From the human T2T-CHM13v2.0 reference genome, Homo sapiens, in the NCBI RefSeq assembly GCF_009914755.1, contig NC_060935.1: 64,000 bases of DNA. One strand, 5' to 3'. Position 1 is the first letter of the stretch. Each line of letters begins with the position of its first letter. The notes under the pieces are model-generated. The model was not told the DNA's origin, ran no database searches, and saw only the letters and a list, made by a program, of their open reading frames with translations. A program made the position numbers and the translations under genes. This document shows positions 12,561 through 26,559 of the stretch, piece by piece.

Positions 12561-13779
12561 TAAGCCAGACTTCCTTTTAAATCCCTGGTTCATAACATAT
12601 TTATTTTACATAAATGTTTGGACATTCTTCTTCCATACCTAATATTCAGTGATGTTAAGATTCCTGGTCAAAATCAGGTTCTCAGGTAGAGAAGTGCTAA
12701 CTCCTTGACCTTCTTCTCTGGGTGGTGCATGGAGATAACTGGCAGCTTATGACAAGTTCCCCATGTCCCAGTGCAATGGAGCTCCAGATGCAGTCACCAG
12801 CCAGCCCTCGTGTAGCTCTCTCAGCAAAACTAATGTGATGAAAGAATCATTATCCAGAGAGAAGTAGGAGAATTATTAATTCCAGCAGCACCTCAAACAG
12901 TGCTTTACAAAGAATCCTTGCCAAACAGCCTGAAGCGGATGTTTCTTTGACAAGTGCACGTTTGGATCTGCTTCCTTTACTTGTGGCTCTAAAGGTAAAC
13001 ATTGTGTAACATTTAGCATAATTTCTAAACAATATAATAGGATAACTACTAAAAACATATCCCTCTACTAGGTCAACTCATGCATAATTCATCAAACATG
13101 TAGTGAAGACCTATGTGCCACCCATTTTATAAACACTATTTCATTTAATTATATCTTTATAATCAGGAGAAATGAGTCAATATACTAACTGTTTTATAGA
13201 TGATGAAGCTTAAGAACATTTAGTAATTAGGCCAAAGCTAGTTTCAAACACTATCTGACTAATTTTTTTCTCCATTACCCAGTTCTCTATATAAATGATA
13301 GAAACTGGCTTGGTATTGGGAGTAAAAAATTGAGTAAGATGCCATCCCTGCTCTCAAGGGCCTTATAAAATATGTGGGAGATGATATATAAATCAAGAAG
13401 AACGAATTAAAGGCCAAATAGAAATACCTATAAAATAGAATAGAAACATAAAAAGGAAGCAATTACTTCTAGTCACAGGAATCTGGGAAGGCCTTACAAA
13501 GGAGAAAAACTGGAATAGGTTTTCATGAATGAACAAGATTTTGATTGATGGTAACAAGAGACACTAAGAACACCGTCACATGAATTACTAGCTGGGACTG
13601 GGAGTTAGAGAGACCTGAGTCCAACAAAAATCTAAGAATCAATTCTAGATATTGATGTTATTGGATAGATAGCTAAAGAGATATATTTACTATATATAAA
13701 ATACAGAGTGAAATATTAAATTAAAACTAAGAAAAAGGTACCATTGGCATGGAGTAGCAAATTAAGAAAATCAAACTTA

Positions 13780-15545
13780 GCAAACCCAAAGCATCAATTT
13801 GTAATAACAAGTTTTAAAGAAAATGACATGACTAAGTTTCCTTTGTTCTGGGAATGCAAAAATCACTTAATGTAATTCACCAAGTAAAATATTCCAGGAG
13901 AAAAACCTAAGCCATCTAAATATATACAGAAAATTTTAATTAAATTCAATATTCCTTCTTGAGTATAACTCTCAGCAAATTAGGATTTTCCCTAAGGTAA
14001 TAAAGAATGCTATCAAAAAAGATAAAAATAAAAAAATAAAAAGCCCACAGCAAACAAACTCAATGTTAAAGTAAATTAAAATGGAGAATGGGCCTGAAGA
14101 AGCCCTGAGCCAAAGTCAGTTAGGCCTCACAAATACCTGAACCTTGCTTAAATTGCAAATGTAAGTGAAAGCCAACTTGGGCCATTGCTTATAAATGCCT
14201 TTGTTAAAGAAAAAACAAACTTAAGCTCATTCAGTCAGAAGCATCCAACAAACTTATAATTACTTAAGTAAGGACTTTCCAATGGGATAGACCAAATAAG
14301 GCAACTGTATAACTGTAGCTTAACCAATCAAATATTTGCTCTGCTTTACTTCTGTTTTTGTTCTATAAAAGCCTCCCCCTTGTATTCCTTAGAGGAGCTA
14401 CCAAACCACTTCTGGTTTGGAGCTGCCAGATTCATGAATAACTATTTGATTAAATAAACTCTTTAAAATGGTATTGTCCCTCAGTTTATTTTCAACAATG
14501 GTAAAATGTTAAATGCATACCCATTTAATATTAAGGATATAACAAGGATGCCCATTATTTCTGCTTCTCTTTTGGATTGCACTTGAAGTACTATCCAGCA
14601 TAATGAAACAAGAAAAAATAAATAGATAAAATGTGTTCAGAATTGCATTGAAATGAAAGAAACAAAAGTATCATGTTTTTGTAGTGGATATGATTACCCA
14701 CTTAGAAAACCCAAAAGAATCTTCAGACAGATTAGCAGATTAAATATTCTACTAATTCTAGAAAAACGGAACTACGCCAAACTCTTTTAATTAAAATCAA
14801 TACTGTAAACTCAATTTTCTCCAAAATTAAAAGCCAAATTTCAATCAAGTCTCAACAGATTTTTTATGTAATTTTGACAATGTAATTCTTAAAAGTACTT
14901 GGAAAAACAAAGGCATTTGTTCCAAAAGTACTTGGAAAAACAAAGAATTCTTATTCAAGAATACTATATGAAAACACATAACAGAGTTAATATTGCAGAC
15001 CAGTGAGAAAGCGTGGGCACTAATTCCTTAAACAAGACATATGAACTACAGATCATATAGGCTATTATTAATAAATTTGATTACATTATAATTTAAAACT
15101 TTTTCATCAAAAAATATGAAGAGAATAGAAGAAAAACCATAATCTGGAAGAAAAATTTATAAAAATAAAAAACAAAAAAGAGACATTTATTCAAAATATA
15201 GTAGGTTGAACCATACAAAACTGTCATTCTTATAGGTCAACAGAATACCAAATACTGATAATTCATTTGGTCTAAACTGATCTAAATAATTTTATAGATC
15301 ACTAAGAAAAAACTAAGCAGCTCCATAGAAAAATGAATAACAGGCATAAACTAACATTTCATAGAAGTGGAAAAACTGGCCAATCAAAATTGTACAAGCA
15401 ATAACCATTAGAATCAGGAAAGTATAAATTAAAGTCAGAATAATACACAGTTTCATATCCATTAGATTGGCAGAAATTATAAATTCTGACAATACCCAGA
15501 AAGCCAGGGTGGTCCAGTAATTGCTGAAGATATGGAGCAAAGAAA
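13780..15545 (+). mobile_element. Old L1M (L1ME-like) ORF2 relic, split by an LTR
   Basis: aaagcccacagcaaac...|...atggtaaaatgttaaatgc...acaaggatgccc; agaaaacccaaaagaatc; tccattagattggcagaaatt. Confidence 0.75.
14064..14497 (+). mobile_element. ERV1 solo LTR, MER57(F)-like
   Basis: TGTTAAA...CAACA termini; gaccaaataaggcaa, aaccaatca (CCAAT), ctataaaag (TATA), gattcatgaa...aaataaactc (polyA signal). Confidence 0.85.
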
Positions 15546-15779
15546 CCTTTTATTCAGGATTTTATTCCATCTTGGAATCAATTGCCATTAGCGCTCCTTA
15601 CCCATCTTAATACTTGCTACATCAAGGCAATAGCAAGAAGAGAAGGCATTCCTGGGCATTACTCTGCAGAGCTGGACTCCTGCAACCTGTGCAATGTTCA
15701 GATTTGCTCATAGACCCTAGGAACAACAGAAGCAAATTTGTTGGGACACTAGTTTAAACAGGAAGCCTACATTTTAGGG

Positions 15780-15960
15780 CAGTGGTCCTCAAACTTTAGC
15801 ATGAACCAGAACCACCTGCAGGACTTCACATATTACTCAGCCCCACCCTCAGAATTTCTGATACAAGAAGTCTGTGGTGAGGCCAAGAATTTGCATTTCT
15901 AACAAGTCCCCAGGTGATGATGATGTGACTGGTCTGGGAACCACCCTTTGAGAGCTATTG
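15780..15960 (-). mobile_element. MER5A hAT-Charlie MITE
   Basis: cagtggtcctcaaa...gaatttgcatttctaacaagtccccaggtgatg...tttgagagctattg terminal inverted repeats. Confidence 0.9.
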
Positions 15961-16107
15961 CTTTAGATAATAAACTTTTATCTATTGTAAGCTCAGAAGA
16001 AAGGAAGCAGTGATGTGATGGAAGGGAAGTTGGCATTTACTTAAGGTTCACTATATACCAGGTAGTATGCTTTTAAATATATTACTTCTGTTAATAATTA
16101 CAACACT

Positions 16108-16825
16108 ATAGCCAGGACACGGAATCAATCTAAGAATTCCTTAACAGAGGAATGAATAAAGAAAATGATAAATGATATGTATACACATGTATATATACGT
16201 ACAATGTGTGTATATATATATATATATACACATACTATATATATAGTGTGTGTGTATATATATATATTTACTATATATATATATAGTGTGTGTGTGTGTA
16301 TCTACATATATAAAAATAAACACAATGGAATACTATTTGGCCTTTAACAAGAAGGAAATCCTGTCATTTTTGAAAGCTTTCCTGAACCTGAAGGACATTA
16401 TGTTGTTAAGTGAAATGAGCCAGGCACAGAAAGACAAATACGTGATTTCACTTATGTGTGGAATCTTTAAAAGTGGAGCTCACAGAAGTACAGAATAGAA
16501 TGGTGGTTACCAAGGGCTGGTGGGGACCTGGGCAGGGTTGGAGAGATGATGGTCAAAGAATACAGAAGTTCAGTTAGATAGAAGGAATATGTTTAAGAGA
16601 CCTGTAGTACAACATGATGACCAGAGTTAATAACAATGTATTGTATTTTCAAAATCAGTAAAAGAGTAGATTCTAAGTGTTCTTGCTACAAAAAATAAGT
16701 GAGATAATGCATACGTTAATTAGCTCTATGGAGCCATGCCACAGTGTATACATATTTCAAAACATCATGTTGTACATAATAAATGCATAAATTTTATCAA
16801 TTAAAAATAATAAAATATTAAAGAA
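16108..16825 (+). mobile_element. L1MA (6-8-like) 3' end inserted in a MIR
   Basis: ggacattatgttgttaagtgaaatgagccaggcacagaaagacaaata...gtatacatatttcaaaacatcatgttgtac; MIR halves at about 16030-16105 and 16830-16990. Confidence 0.9.
16175..16312. repeat. (TA)n/(TG)n compound microsatellite inside L1MA
   Basis: directly visible. Confidence 0.95.
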
Positions 16826-17431
16826 AATAGTCACAGCAAATCCATGAAGTAGGTGTTATTATTCCCATTTCACAGATAAGAGAACTAAGGCTCTCAAAAG
16901 TAAAGAATTTTGCCCAGTATTCCCCAGGTAATATATGACAGAGGGGAGATTAAAATGCAGTTCAGTCTAATTACAATCTTGATACTCTTCAATGAGATAA
17001 AACATCTTCTGCTATTGGTTTCATTGATATAAGACCTGAGTGGACCATAGTTGCCTGGCAGTCAACACGCATATAAGTTGGATGTGTACAACAAATATAA
17101 GAAAGATAGAGGTGCCATACCAGGCCTAAAAAGCCTTCTTAATAGCCTAATGAAGAGTGAGAAAGAACACTGTAGATACTCTTATATTTTTTCAGTTTTA
17201 TAGACAACTATTAACATACAAGTATGCTTACTTAAGCTATACACATATTGAGTACAATTCATTTCAGTATATGTTAACTTCTTTGCAAATTTTTATGCTG
17301 TTCCTATAATGTTGAAAATAAAGAATTGTAACAGAAGTTATTAAGAAGATATCCTCAGCAGAGTAGACTGAGCATCTTTACCCAGTCCCTCTCCGGTTGG
17401 ACCACTGTCTCTTCAGAAAGTTAAAACAACA

Positions 17432-17722
17432 GGCTGGGTGTGGTGTCTCACGCCTGTAATCCCAGCACTTTGGGAGGCCGAGGCAGGTGAATCACCTGAG
17501 GTCAGGAGTTTGAGACCAGCCTGACCAACATGGTGAAACCCTGTCTCTACTAAAAATACAAAAATTAGCTGGGCATGGTGGCGCATGCCTGTAGTCCCAG
17601 CTACTCCGGAGGCTGAGGCAGGAGAATCGCTTGAACCCAGGAGGCAGAGGTTGCAGTGAGCTGAGATTGTCACCGCACTCCAGCCTGGGTGGGCAGAGGG
17701 AGACTCCATCTCAAAAAAAAAG
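17432..17722 (+). mobile_element. AluS (Sx/Sz-like)
   Basis: full dimer; TSD ttaaaacaaca on both sides. Confidence 0.97.
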
Positions 17723-18127
17723 AAAAATTAAAACAACACTTGCTTTTAATCTCTAATGTTTCTGTGACCATGGTACTATAGAATACAACAAGAAGTGGCT
17801 GCTTTGCCATATTCCTCAGACTCTTAAAGCTCAAGAAGAAAAACTTTCCTGGATTTTTGAAGTTATAACTGACCACCAAAGTTCTTTAAGGTGCCTACCA
17901 TTTCTAAATAGGATTATCAGTATGCACTGTAGTGTGACTATCATTTCAGAACAGGCAAGGCATGAAACAATGTAAACATTTATTGCTATTTAAGCTTTAT
18001 GTTAACATTGCTTACATCTCTGTAACTCTACAAAACCTCAAAGGACCACAAAAGCTCTGCTGAGTTTGGCCTGCTGGCTAGCATGAATAACTGTCTACCT
18101 CTATTACTCTTTAAAGTAGCAAAAAAA

Positions 18128-18515
<388 letters not shown>

Positions 18516-18986
18516 CTACTCTGTGCAATTTGTCTAGACTGCCATAAGAGTTCAAGTATAGATGCTAATATAATTAGCCAATTACACTGCCACCCTTCTT
18601 TTTAGGTCATAATATATTGTCCATCATAAGCCACATCAGTTTATTACAGCTTTGTTGGGGGAAGAAGCGGAGAATCACATATTCACATTTTAGATTTAGC
18701 AATCATCTACATTTATCCATACTTCTTTCTTCAGTGGCCTAATCAAGTTTGGAGCATAAGGTGTAGACTTGGCATAACCTATGCTTAAGATAGTGGGCTT
18801 TTCATACCTTTCGGATTAACAGTATTGTTTTCTGGCATACGGAAGAATATTGGTGTTTCATCTACATAGCCTCACAGCTTTATTCTTTCTCTTTACAAAA
18901 GGAAGTATCCTGAAAGTTAGCCAACTTCTCTTGAAAGTCAGCCAACAGCTTTTGAGAAAGAGCTATTTGGTACCTAAATGACAACT

Positions 18987-19287
<301 letters not shown>

Positions 19288-19469
19288 CCTTAAATGACAA
19301 CTCATTAAACCCATAAATTGGTCACTGCTAATTCCCACTTTATGATTTCTATTATCTATTTTAGCAGTTTCTATTTCCTTTCATTGCATTGCCTGGTATG
19401 TGTCAATCATTCTTCCGGAAACATGATTTTTTTCATTTCAATTAAATAAATTATTATTTTATTTGAGTG

Positions 19470-19547
19470 CCTAATTATTTATTTAGATGCCTTCAAAATA
19501 CTGGATGGCAATGCAATATTCTAAAGGCATCTAAATAAATAATTAGG
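19470..19547. repeat. 34-bp inverted repeat (hairpin) with a 10-nt loop
   Basis: arms 19470-19503 and 19514-19547, 31/34 complementary. Confidence 0.95.
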
Positions 19548-19819
19548 ATCCTAATTTAAATAATTAGGAATTCAAAAGTAAGCTAAAATTCAACCACCCA
19601 GTAGTGATATTGATACAAATAATTCAACAGAGTTAACAATTAAGTGATTAAATAACCACTATATGGACAAGTTTATACATCTTCAGGCAATATAACAGTC
19701 CAGTAACTAACTATCCTGCTTGGCAGCTGACATAATTGTTTATCTTAATTTTGAGATGCATCTCAACCACAGAGACATTAATGAGTAGGAAGAAGCATCT
19801 TGGTGTCAAGAGAATACTA

Positions 19820-20020
19820 TAATAATAACGGCTGCCATTTATTGATCACTACATGAAAGACAATTTATAACCTTATAATAAAAGTATTATACCTTTATTG
19901 AAGATGATAAAACTGAGGTCCAGAAAGGTTAGGGAATTTTTCTGAGTTCAACAAAGAAAGAACAGGGCTTTAAAACACGGTGTGAACAAAATATCTATGA
20001 TTCTTTTTTCACTACATCTG
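19820..20020 (-). mobile_element. MIR SINE
   Basis: aataataacggctgccatttattga...gatgataaaactgaggtccagaaaggtta. Confidence 0.75.
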
Positions 20021-20659
20021 TGTTTCACTAATCTGAGAGCCTGCACGTGAGGATTACTTAAGAATATGGGTGTTTTCCAGATGGGAAGGCCTGGTCATCC
20101 TTCCTACTCAGTTAGCCAACAGCAAATCAGGGTTTAGGATCCACTAGATTGAATTATACTGATAGTCGTCTGTTTATACTTTCTCACACATTTGCTATAA
20201 TCCAGAAGTCTCATTGCACTAACTTTGAAAGGTTGGTTATTTAAAACATAGGATAACAAAGAAAAATCACAATCTTGAGTATGGTATGGATGTACATGAA
20301 TTTACAATAACTTTGGCCCATGCAATGAGTCCTTCAAATTACCTTTCAGATTTTGAATATAATATTCAAATTACCTTTCAGAATTGAATGCTTAATCATA
20401 GGTAAACACCATATCCCTTGAGTGCTGTTTTCAAAATATATGACCAAATAAAAATAAAATGAAATAACATATAAAAAGGAAGCCTAAGTTATTTGTTCCA
20501 GGTCATGTACCAGGAAGTGGAGGATCCAAAAACAGATCTGTCTAACAAGGCAGCCAAGAGCTTTCAAGGAGAACAGGCTGCCTTGTTATATCTGCTTAAG
20601 TCAATCATACTGATGAACATAGAGATAAAATTGTAGCAATTGTAGAACATAAAATTGTA

Positions 20660-20960
20660 GCAATGACATTTAGAATACATTAGGATGAAGTACAGTCTAT
20701 ATGAGAAATGCAAGGATGGTTGAAAATCAGGAAATTCATTAAAGTAATTCACTGTAATACAAGATTAAAAGAAATACGCCAGTAGAGAGATGTCAAAGAC
20801 TTGATGAAATGTAACAATATTCACAGCAACAAGCTAAATACTCAATGGTAGGAAAAAGGTTGTAAATTATAATCTATCCACTTAACAAGTATAGGATATC
20901 ATGAAAAATTAGCTTTATGTAAACTATATATAGAAAACCCTTATTATATATATAATTGTA
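20660..20960 (+). mobile_element. L1M ORF2 relic
   Basis: gaaatgcaaggatggttgaaaatcaggaaattcattaaagtaattcac. Confidence 0.6.
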
Positions 20961-21094
20961 CATAAAATTACAATTATACAAGAGGTCCAGCATAGAAGAG
21001 ATTGAAAAATGCAAACCAAAATGATAAAAGTGATATAATGTGCAAGCATTGTGGGTATTTTTTCTTCTTTTCAAGATTTTGTTTCCAATATTTC

Positions 21095-21403
<309 letters not shown>

Positions 21404-22189
21404 CAGTATTTCAAAATGAAAAATATAGTCTAATATAAACAAAAGTTTTTTCATCATAACATAAATAATGTGTTGAAGCTACTTTCATCTTTTTTTCTAA
21501 CTACTTGTTTTTATTTTCTTCTTCATCATCAGGGCAATTTGGCATATCAAAGATCCATGTTTCCCAAGAATTGTAAATATTTCATTTCTCACATTGCCTG
21601 TTTCATACCTCATCAAGGGATGGCATGAGGTGTACCAATTGTTTACACGTACTCAGTTTTTAATAGTGGTCACATAGAGAACAGCATTTTATCTACCATC
21701 ATACTAAATCTATTCGAGAAATAAAATTACATTCTGAATGTAAGATTTGTCAACTTTCTCTTGGATGGGAAAAGATTTTAATTAGAAGAAATTAAATTGA
21801 TTTCCTTTTCTCATTTTAAAGCTCAAACCTTCCAAGACCTCATGACCTGTAGAATACAAGCTAACATATTATATGTTTCTACATGCATCACTCAGCCTGC
21901 CTTTTCTCTTGCAAAAACTACAGAAATTTTTTTTCAATTTTTTTTCTAATTTAAACTTGAAACAAAGGATATCACCCATGGATTATACATTTATGCCCTC
22001 ACACTAAGGAATCCCAGTTACTTATTCCATCTGGCTGGCAGGGACTCCAAGGGCCATTTGCAGTCATCACGTCCCAGCCTTCATTATTTTACTTTATTCC
22101 AGCTTTCTACTGTCCAGCTCCATCTAGTTTCTCTCCTTTCTCTCTAATTTTTATCCATAATCCTAATTGACACCAAAAACCAACTTTCA

Positions 22190-22415
22190 GAGGTAGCATC
22201 ATATCTTGGAAAGTATGAGAATTCTCTAGCCACACAGACAGAAGTTTGGCTGCTTACTAGCTGTGTGAGCTGGGCAAGTTGTGTAATCTCTCACAATACC
22301 ATCAAGGATACCAATGTCTGCTCACACAACTGTTGTAAGAATTATAGAAATTGGTCTGCATGAGCCTGGCACATAATGAGACTCAAATTATATACACTGA
22401 ATAGTAAAATATTAT
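22190..22415 (+). mobile_element. MIR SINE
   Basis: cttactagctgtgtgagctgggcaagtt...gttgtaagaatt...gcctggcacata. Confidence 0.75.
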
Positions 22416-23647
22416 TTAAACAAATAACTGCACAACAGACAAAGAACTCAAATGGAAAGGGAACCAGATAGAAGGGGACGATGGAAAAAAATATTCGCCT
22501 ATTTGTCTAGATTTTTATTCTAAATCCTTCCTGCCACTAAGTAGCTGTGTGACTTTGGAGAAAAACATTTTTCTCTATGGGCACCAGTCTGGTTGTAAAT
22601 TGACGAATCAGATTACATGATGTCTTTGGCTCCTTCCTGCCTTAATTTGCTCTATTCTTTTGTTTTCTTTTTTTAATCATACCAAGTACACAGCTTTCAA
22701 ATCTTGCTCAATTCTTTGAGAGAAATCCTTGGCTTTTATCTTTTCACCTGATATTTCTCAACAGCTGTCACTTCCTACACAGAGCTACAGAAAGGGCTTG
22801 TCATAGCCTCGAGCAAGCATGGGTGTTTGGCAGCCAAAGTGCAGAGCTGAGGGAACAGGGCAGATTCTCCAACCTTCCCCCCTTGAATGGGGCAGCAACA
22901 CAAGGTGTTTGATCAGACACAGCTTTCTACAGTCTTTCTGTCTGGGCTCTCCCTCTGTGTTCAGCCAGTCACTCACATTCTCATTACAATTTCCCCATGA
23001 GCCAGCTGCAAATTGGAGCCAAAGGGTCTGAGTGCTTTGTGCATGTGGGAGCCTTAGCTGCCTGGCTATCCCCAGCTGTCCTGCCACATTTCATCTAAAC
23101 CAATAAATGTGCCTCGTCAATGCTCACTTGGGAAGCAGAAGCCAGCAGTAAATCTGGAAAAGAGAAAAGAGAGACCTCTGCTCACTGAAGCAAAGGCCAT
23201 TTCCACAAATGGTCCAAAAGGCTGTTCCAAAAGGAGAGTCCCTGGCAAAGAGAGCCCATAGGCACAACCCCAGGAGGAGGGCAGCCACTGCTGCACTGTG
23301 GACATTTCCTGAGTTTGCACACTGTGACTGTGAGGATGCAGACAGGAATGAGACATGCTGGAGGAACTTGCAGACCCTGGAGGGGATTCCTTATGTTTGC
23401 ACAGCTGTAACCATCACCAAAGCACTTGGGTACTCCCTTTGATCCTGAAAGTAGTCACATGCAGTAGTTGGGCAAGCAACATTATCCTCATTGCACAGCT
23501 GAGAAAACTGAGTCTGGAAAAGTTACACAATAAAGAGTAGAGGAAGTAGGAGTTATACAATAAAGAGTAAATGAGCTAAAGGAGGAAGCCCTTCATTGTC
23601 TTCTCCATCTTGAAATCTGGCCTATCTATGAAATTCCAGGGTGCAGT

Positions 23648-24158
23648 GTAATATCACTCGGTTTTTCCTGTTCAGAATTCTTTATTCATCTCTTGATAAC
23701 AGCACCCAATTTCTCTTTGACAAAAATCGCTCTCCCACTACATACAATCTTAATGAGAGGGGACCATTAGTCGGGGAGGCACTTTCACTGCCACAACATT
23801 GGGCTTCTGACCAAAGTCATCCTTAAAACCATCAGGAGAGACTACCTGAAAATGAAGCAAATACCAAAAAAAAAAAAAAATTAGATAAAGAAATGAGGGA
23901 TGGAACAATGGAAGGATAAAAGAACAGTAGGATGGAGGGAAAAGAGAAAAAAGAAAGAGGAGGGAGGGAGAAAGAGACAGACAAAGAGAAAGAGAGGGAT
24001 AGAGAAAATTCTTCAAACCCCCAATCTAGCTAAGGCTAAAGGAAAACACTAACCACCTTAGATTTCTTAGTTACATAAAACATTGCATTATCTTGGTTTT
24101 TAACAAATTTAGTTTCAGTTCCTGTCACTTTCAACCAAAAGAGTTCTTATAAATACCA
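23648..24158 (+). mobile_element. Old MLT1 (J/K/L-like) LTR
   Basis: gataacagcacccaattt...ctgaaaatgaagcaaa...tttcttagttacat...ctgtcactttcaaccaaaagagttct. Confidence 0.6.
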
Positions 24159-24237
24159 TACTATGTAATTTTCAGACATACATAGATATATCATCTACAT
24201 AGTAATAAATTCCAATAAATGTTTTTTAGAAAACTGC

Positions 24238-24453
24238 TTTTTTTTTCTTTTTTTTTTAAGTTCCATGATATATGTGCAGAATGTGCAGGTTTATTACATA
24301 GGTATACATGTGCCATGGTGGTTTGCTGCACCTATCAACCCATCATCTAGGATTTAAGCCCCATATGCATTAGGTATTTGTCCTAGTGCTCTCCCTCCCC
24401 TTGCCCCCAACCCCCTGTGTTGTTCCCCTCCCTGTGTCCACATGTTCTCATTG
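24238..24453 (-). mobile_element. L1PA (7/8-like) 3' end, very 5'-truncated
   Basis: polyT then tgtgcagaatgtgcaggtttattacataggtatacatgtgccatggtggtttgctgcacc. Confidence 0.93.
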
Positions 24454-24788
24454 AAGAACCGCTTCTTTGAACCGCATGGTGAATAGTGATTCTGAGAAAC
24501 TACTGACCAAATGCAATTGTAAAAGTGCTAGACATGAACTCCAAAAACAGGATCCCAATTTCAACTCCCTAAACAGAGAACTTCGTTGCAAGAGCCAGCA
24601 CAATCACATACAATTTCTGCCACACTGAACAAATCTTTTAATTTCTATGAGAGTCAATCTCCTTGTCTGCAAAATAAGAACATCTGTTTGCCTCTCTTAC
24701 ACACTAGTTGTGAGAATTATTAGGGAAAAATGTGAAGTGCTACATGAACTAAAATATTCTGTACAGATATAAGGGACTTATTACTGAA

Positions 24789-25557
24789 TGATATGGTTTT
24801 CTATGTCCCCACCCAAATCTCATCTTGAACTGTAGGTCCCATAATCCCCAAGTGTCATGGGAGGGACCTGGTGGGAGGTAATTGAATCATAGGGACAGTT
24901 GCCCTGTGTATTAGTCCATTTTCACACTGCTGATAAAGACATACCCAAGACTGGGCAAATTTACAAAAGAAAGAGGTTTATTGGACTTACAGCTCCATGT
25001 GGCTGGGGAGGCCTCACAATCATGGTGGACGGTGAAAAGCATGTCTCACATGGTGGCAGACAAGAGAAGAGAGTTTGTGCAGGGAATCTCCCCTTTTTAA
25101 AACTGTCAGATCCCATGTGACTTATTCACCATCATGAGAACAGCATAGGAAAGACCCGCCCCCATGATTCGGTCTCCTCCCACCAGGTCCCTCCCACAAC
25201 ATGTGGAAATTCAAGATGAGATTTGAGTGTGGACAAAGCCAAGCCATGTTACCCTTTTGCTGTTTCTTGCTGTTCTCATGATAGTGAGTGAGTTCTCACG
25301 AGATCTGATGGTTTTATAAGGGGCTTTTCCCTCTTTTGCTCAGAACTTCTCCTTGCTGCCACCATGTGAAGAAGGACGTGTTTGCTTCCTCTTATGCCAT
25401 GATTGTAAGTTTTCTGAGGCCTCCCCAGCCATGCTGAACTGTAAATCAATTAAAGCTCCTTCATTTATAAATTACCCAGTCTCAGGTGTGTCTTTATTAG
25501 CAGCATGAGAATGTACTGATACAGCAAATTGCAAATTGGTACCAGGGGTGGGGTCCA
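24789..25557 (+). mobile_element. THE1C-like LTR (24789-25523, interrupted) plus a stub of THE1 internal sequence
   Basis: TGATATGG...taattgaatca...|...gctgttctcatgatagtgagtgagttctcacgagatctgatgg...actgatACA then aaattggtaccag. Confidence 0.93.
24907..25251 (-). mobile_element. THE1A-like solo LTR nested antisense in THE1C
   Basis: tgtattagtccattttcacactgctgataaagacataccc...aattcaagatgagattt...ccatgtta; 5-bp TSD ccctg/ccctt. Confidence 0.93.
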
Positions 25558-26079
25558 GAACAGAAGTGCAAGACTATGGACCCTGCTGAGCTACTAACAC
25601 TTTGCTAAAGTGTGTGTGTGTGGAGGCATACACACACATATATATGTGTATTCTGTGGTTGTAAATACAGAATGAAATCATATTTCAACGACTGGTCACT
25701 CTTTAGCTTTGATGGGATAAGTATTTTGAGGTGTTTGTTGGTTTGCAGTGTGCTTCCTAGATGATTTCTCCCACCAAATATCATAGCAGTAAAACTATAA
25801 TGAACTTTGACAGACTGAGTTGAAGCTGTCTGGACTGTTCAATACAAAATTCAGTTCTATATGTACTGTTTCATCCTCGAATGCAAATGCTCCTGACAAC
25901 ATGTCCTAGTGGCTTTTAAAGGTTCTGTAAAATGCATGAGGTCTGTTAGACTCTGCCTCTTTGAAATTCAGATTACTGAGATCAGCAATCCAGGAGTCAT
26001 CCTCTCTTCCTCAACTTCACATCCTATCTATCCATCAGCCTTCCCAGACCCCCTTCATCCCTTCTGACCCATTGATGTT

Positions 26080-26550
26080 GCCATTTCAGTCCCTCATCAC
26101 CTCACAGCCCAAACACCAGAATGATTTGTTTATTTGTTTCTAAAACAAACACCTGACTGTGATACTCCCCATCTAAAAACCCTTTAATAACTCCCTATGA
26201 CCTACCAAATCACATATTAATTCCTTCAGTAAATAAACAACCATTCATGAGTTTACCCCCACTGTTATCCCTTCATCCTTTCCTCTTGCTTCCACACCAT
26301 GTGCACCTTATTTTCTAGCCACACCAAAATATTACTGAAAACTTCTCAAACTGCCAAGCTCTCTCACATTTTTCCGCCCTTGTATTTGCTGTTTCTTTTG
26401 CCTAGAATCCTTACACCCTTCTCAAGCATACCTTCTTTGCCTGGAAAAATTCAAATCATCCAAAGAGGATGAACTTGAGTGTCAGCTCCTTTGTGAAGCT
26501 TTTCCTGAACACAATTTCTCTACTCCAGCCTTTTGGAGCTCAACTCCCTG
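26080..26550 (+). mobile_element. L2 fragment
   Basis: tttctaaaacaaacacctgactgtgatactccc...aaaaccctttaataactcc; gctcctttgtgaagcttttcctga. Confidence 0.7.
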
Positions 26551-26559
26551 CATTATAAT

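Noticed and set aside
12700-13000. Unique stretch that might be a conserved enhancer or exon
   Set aside because: No convincing splice-site pair or ORF, and conservation cannot be judged from the sequence alone.
14891-14945. Short spaced direct repeats (22 bp here; similar at about 20333, 20625, 23521, 27599, 38507 and 46415)
   Set aside because: Isolated two-copy micro-duplications with unrelated sequences, typical slippage products rather than an array or shared motif.
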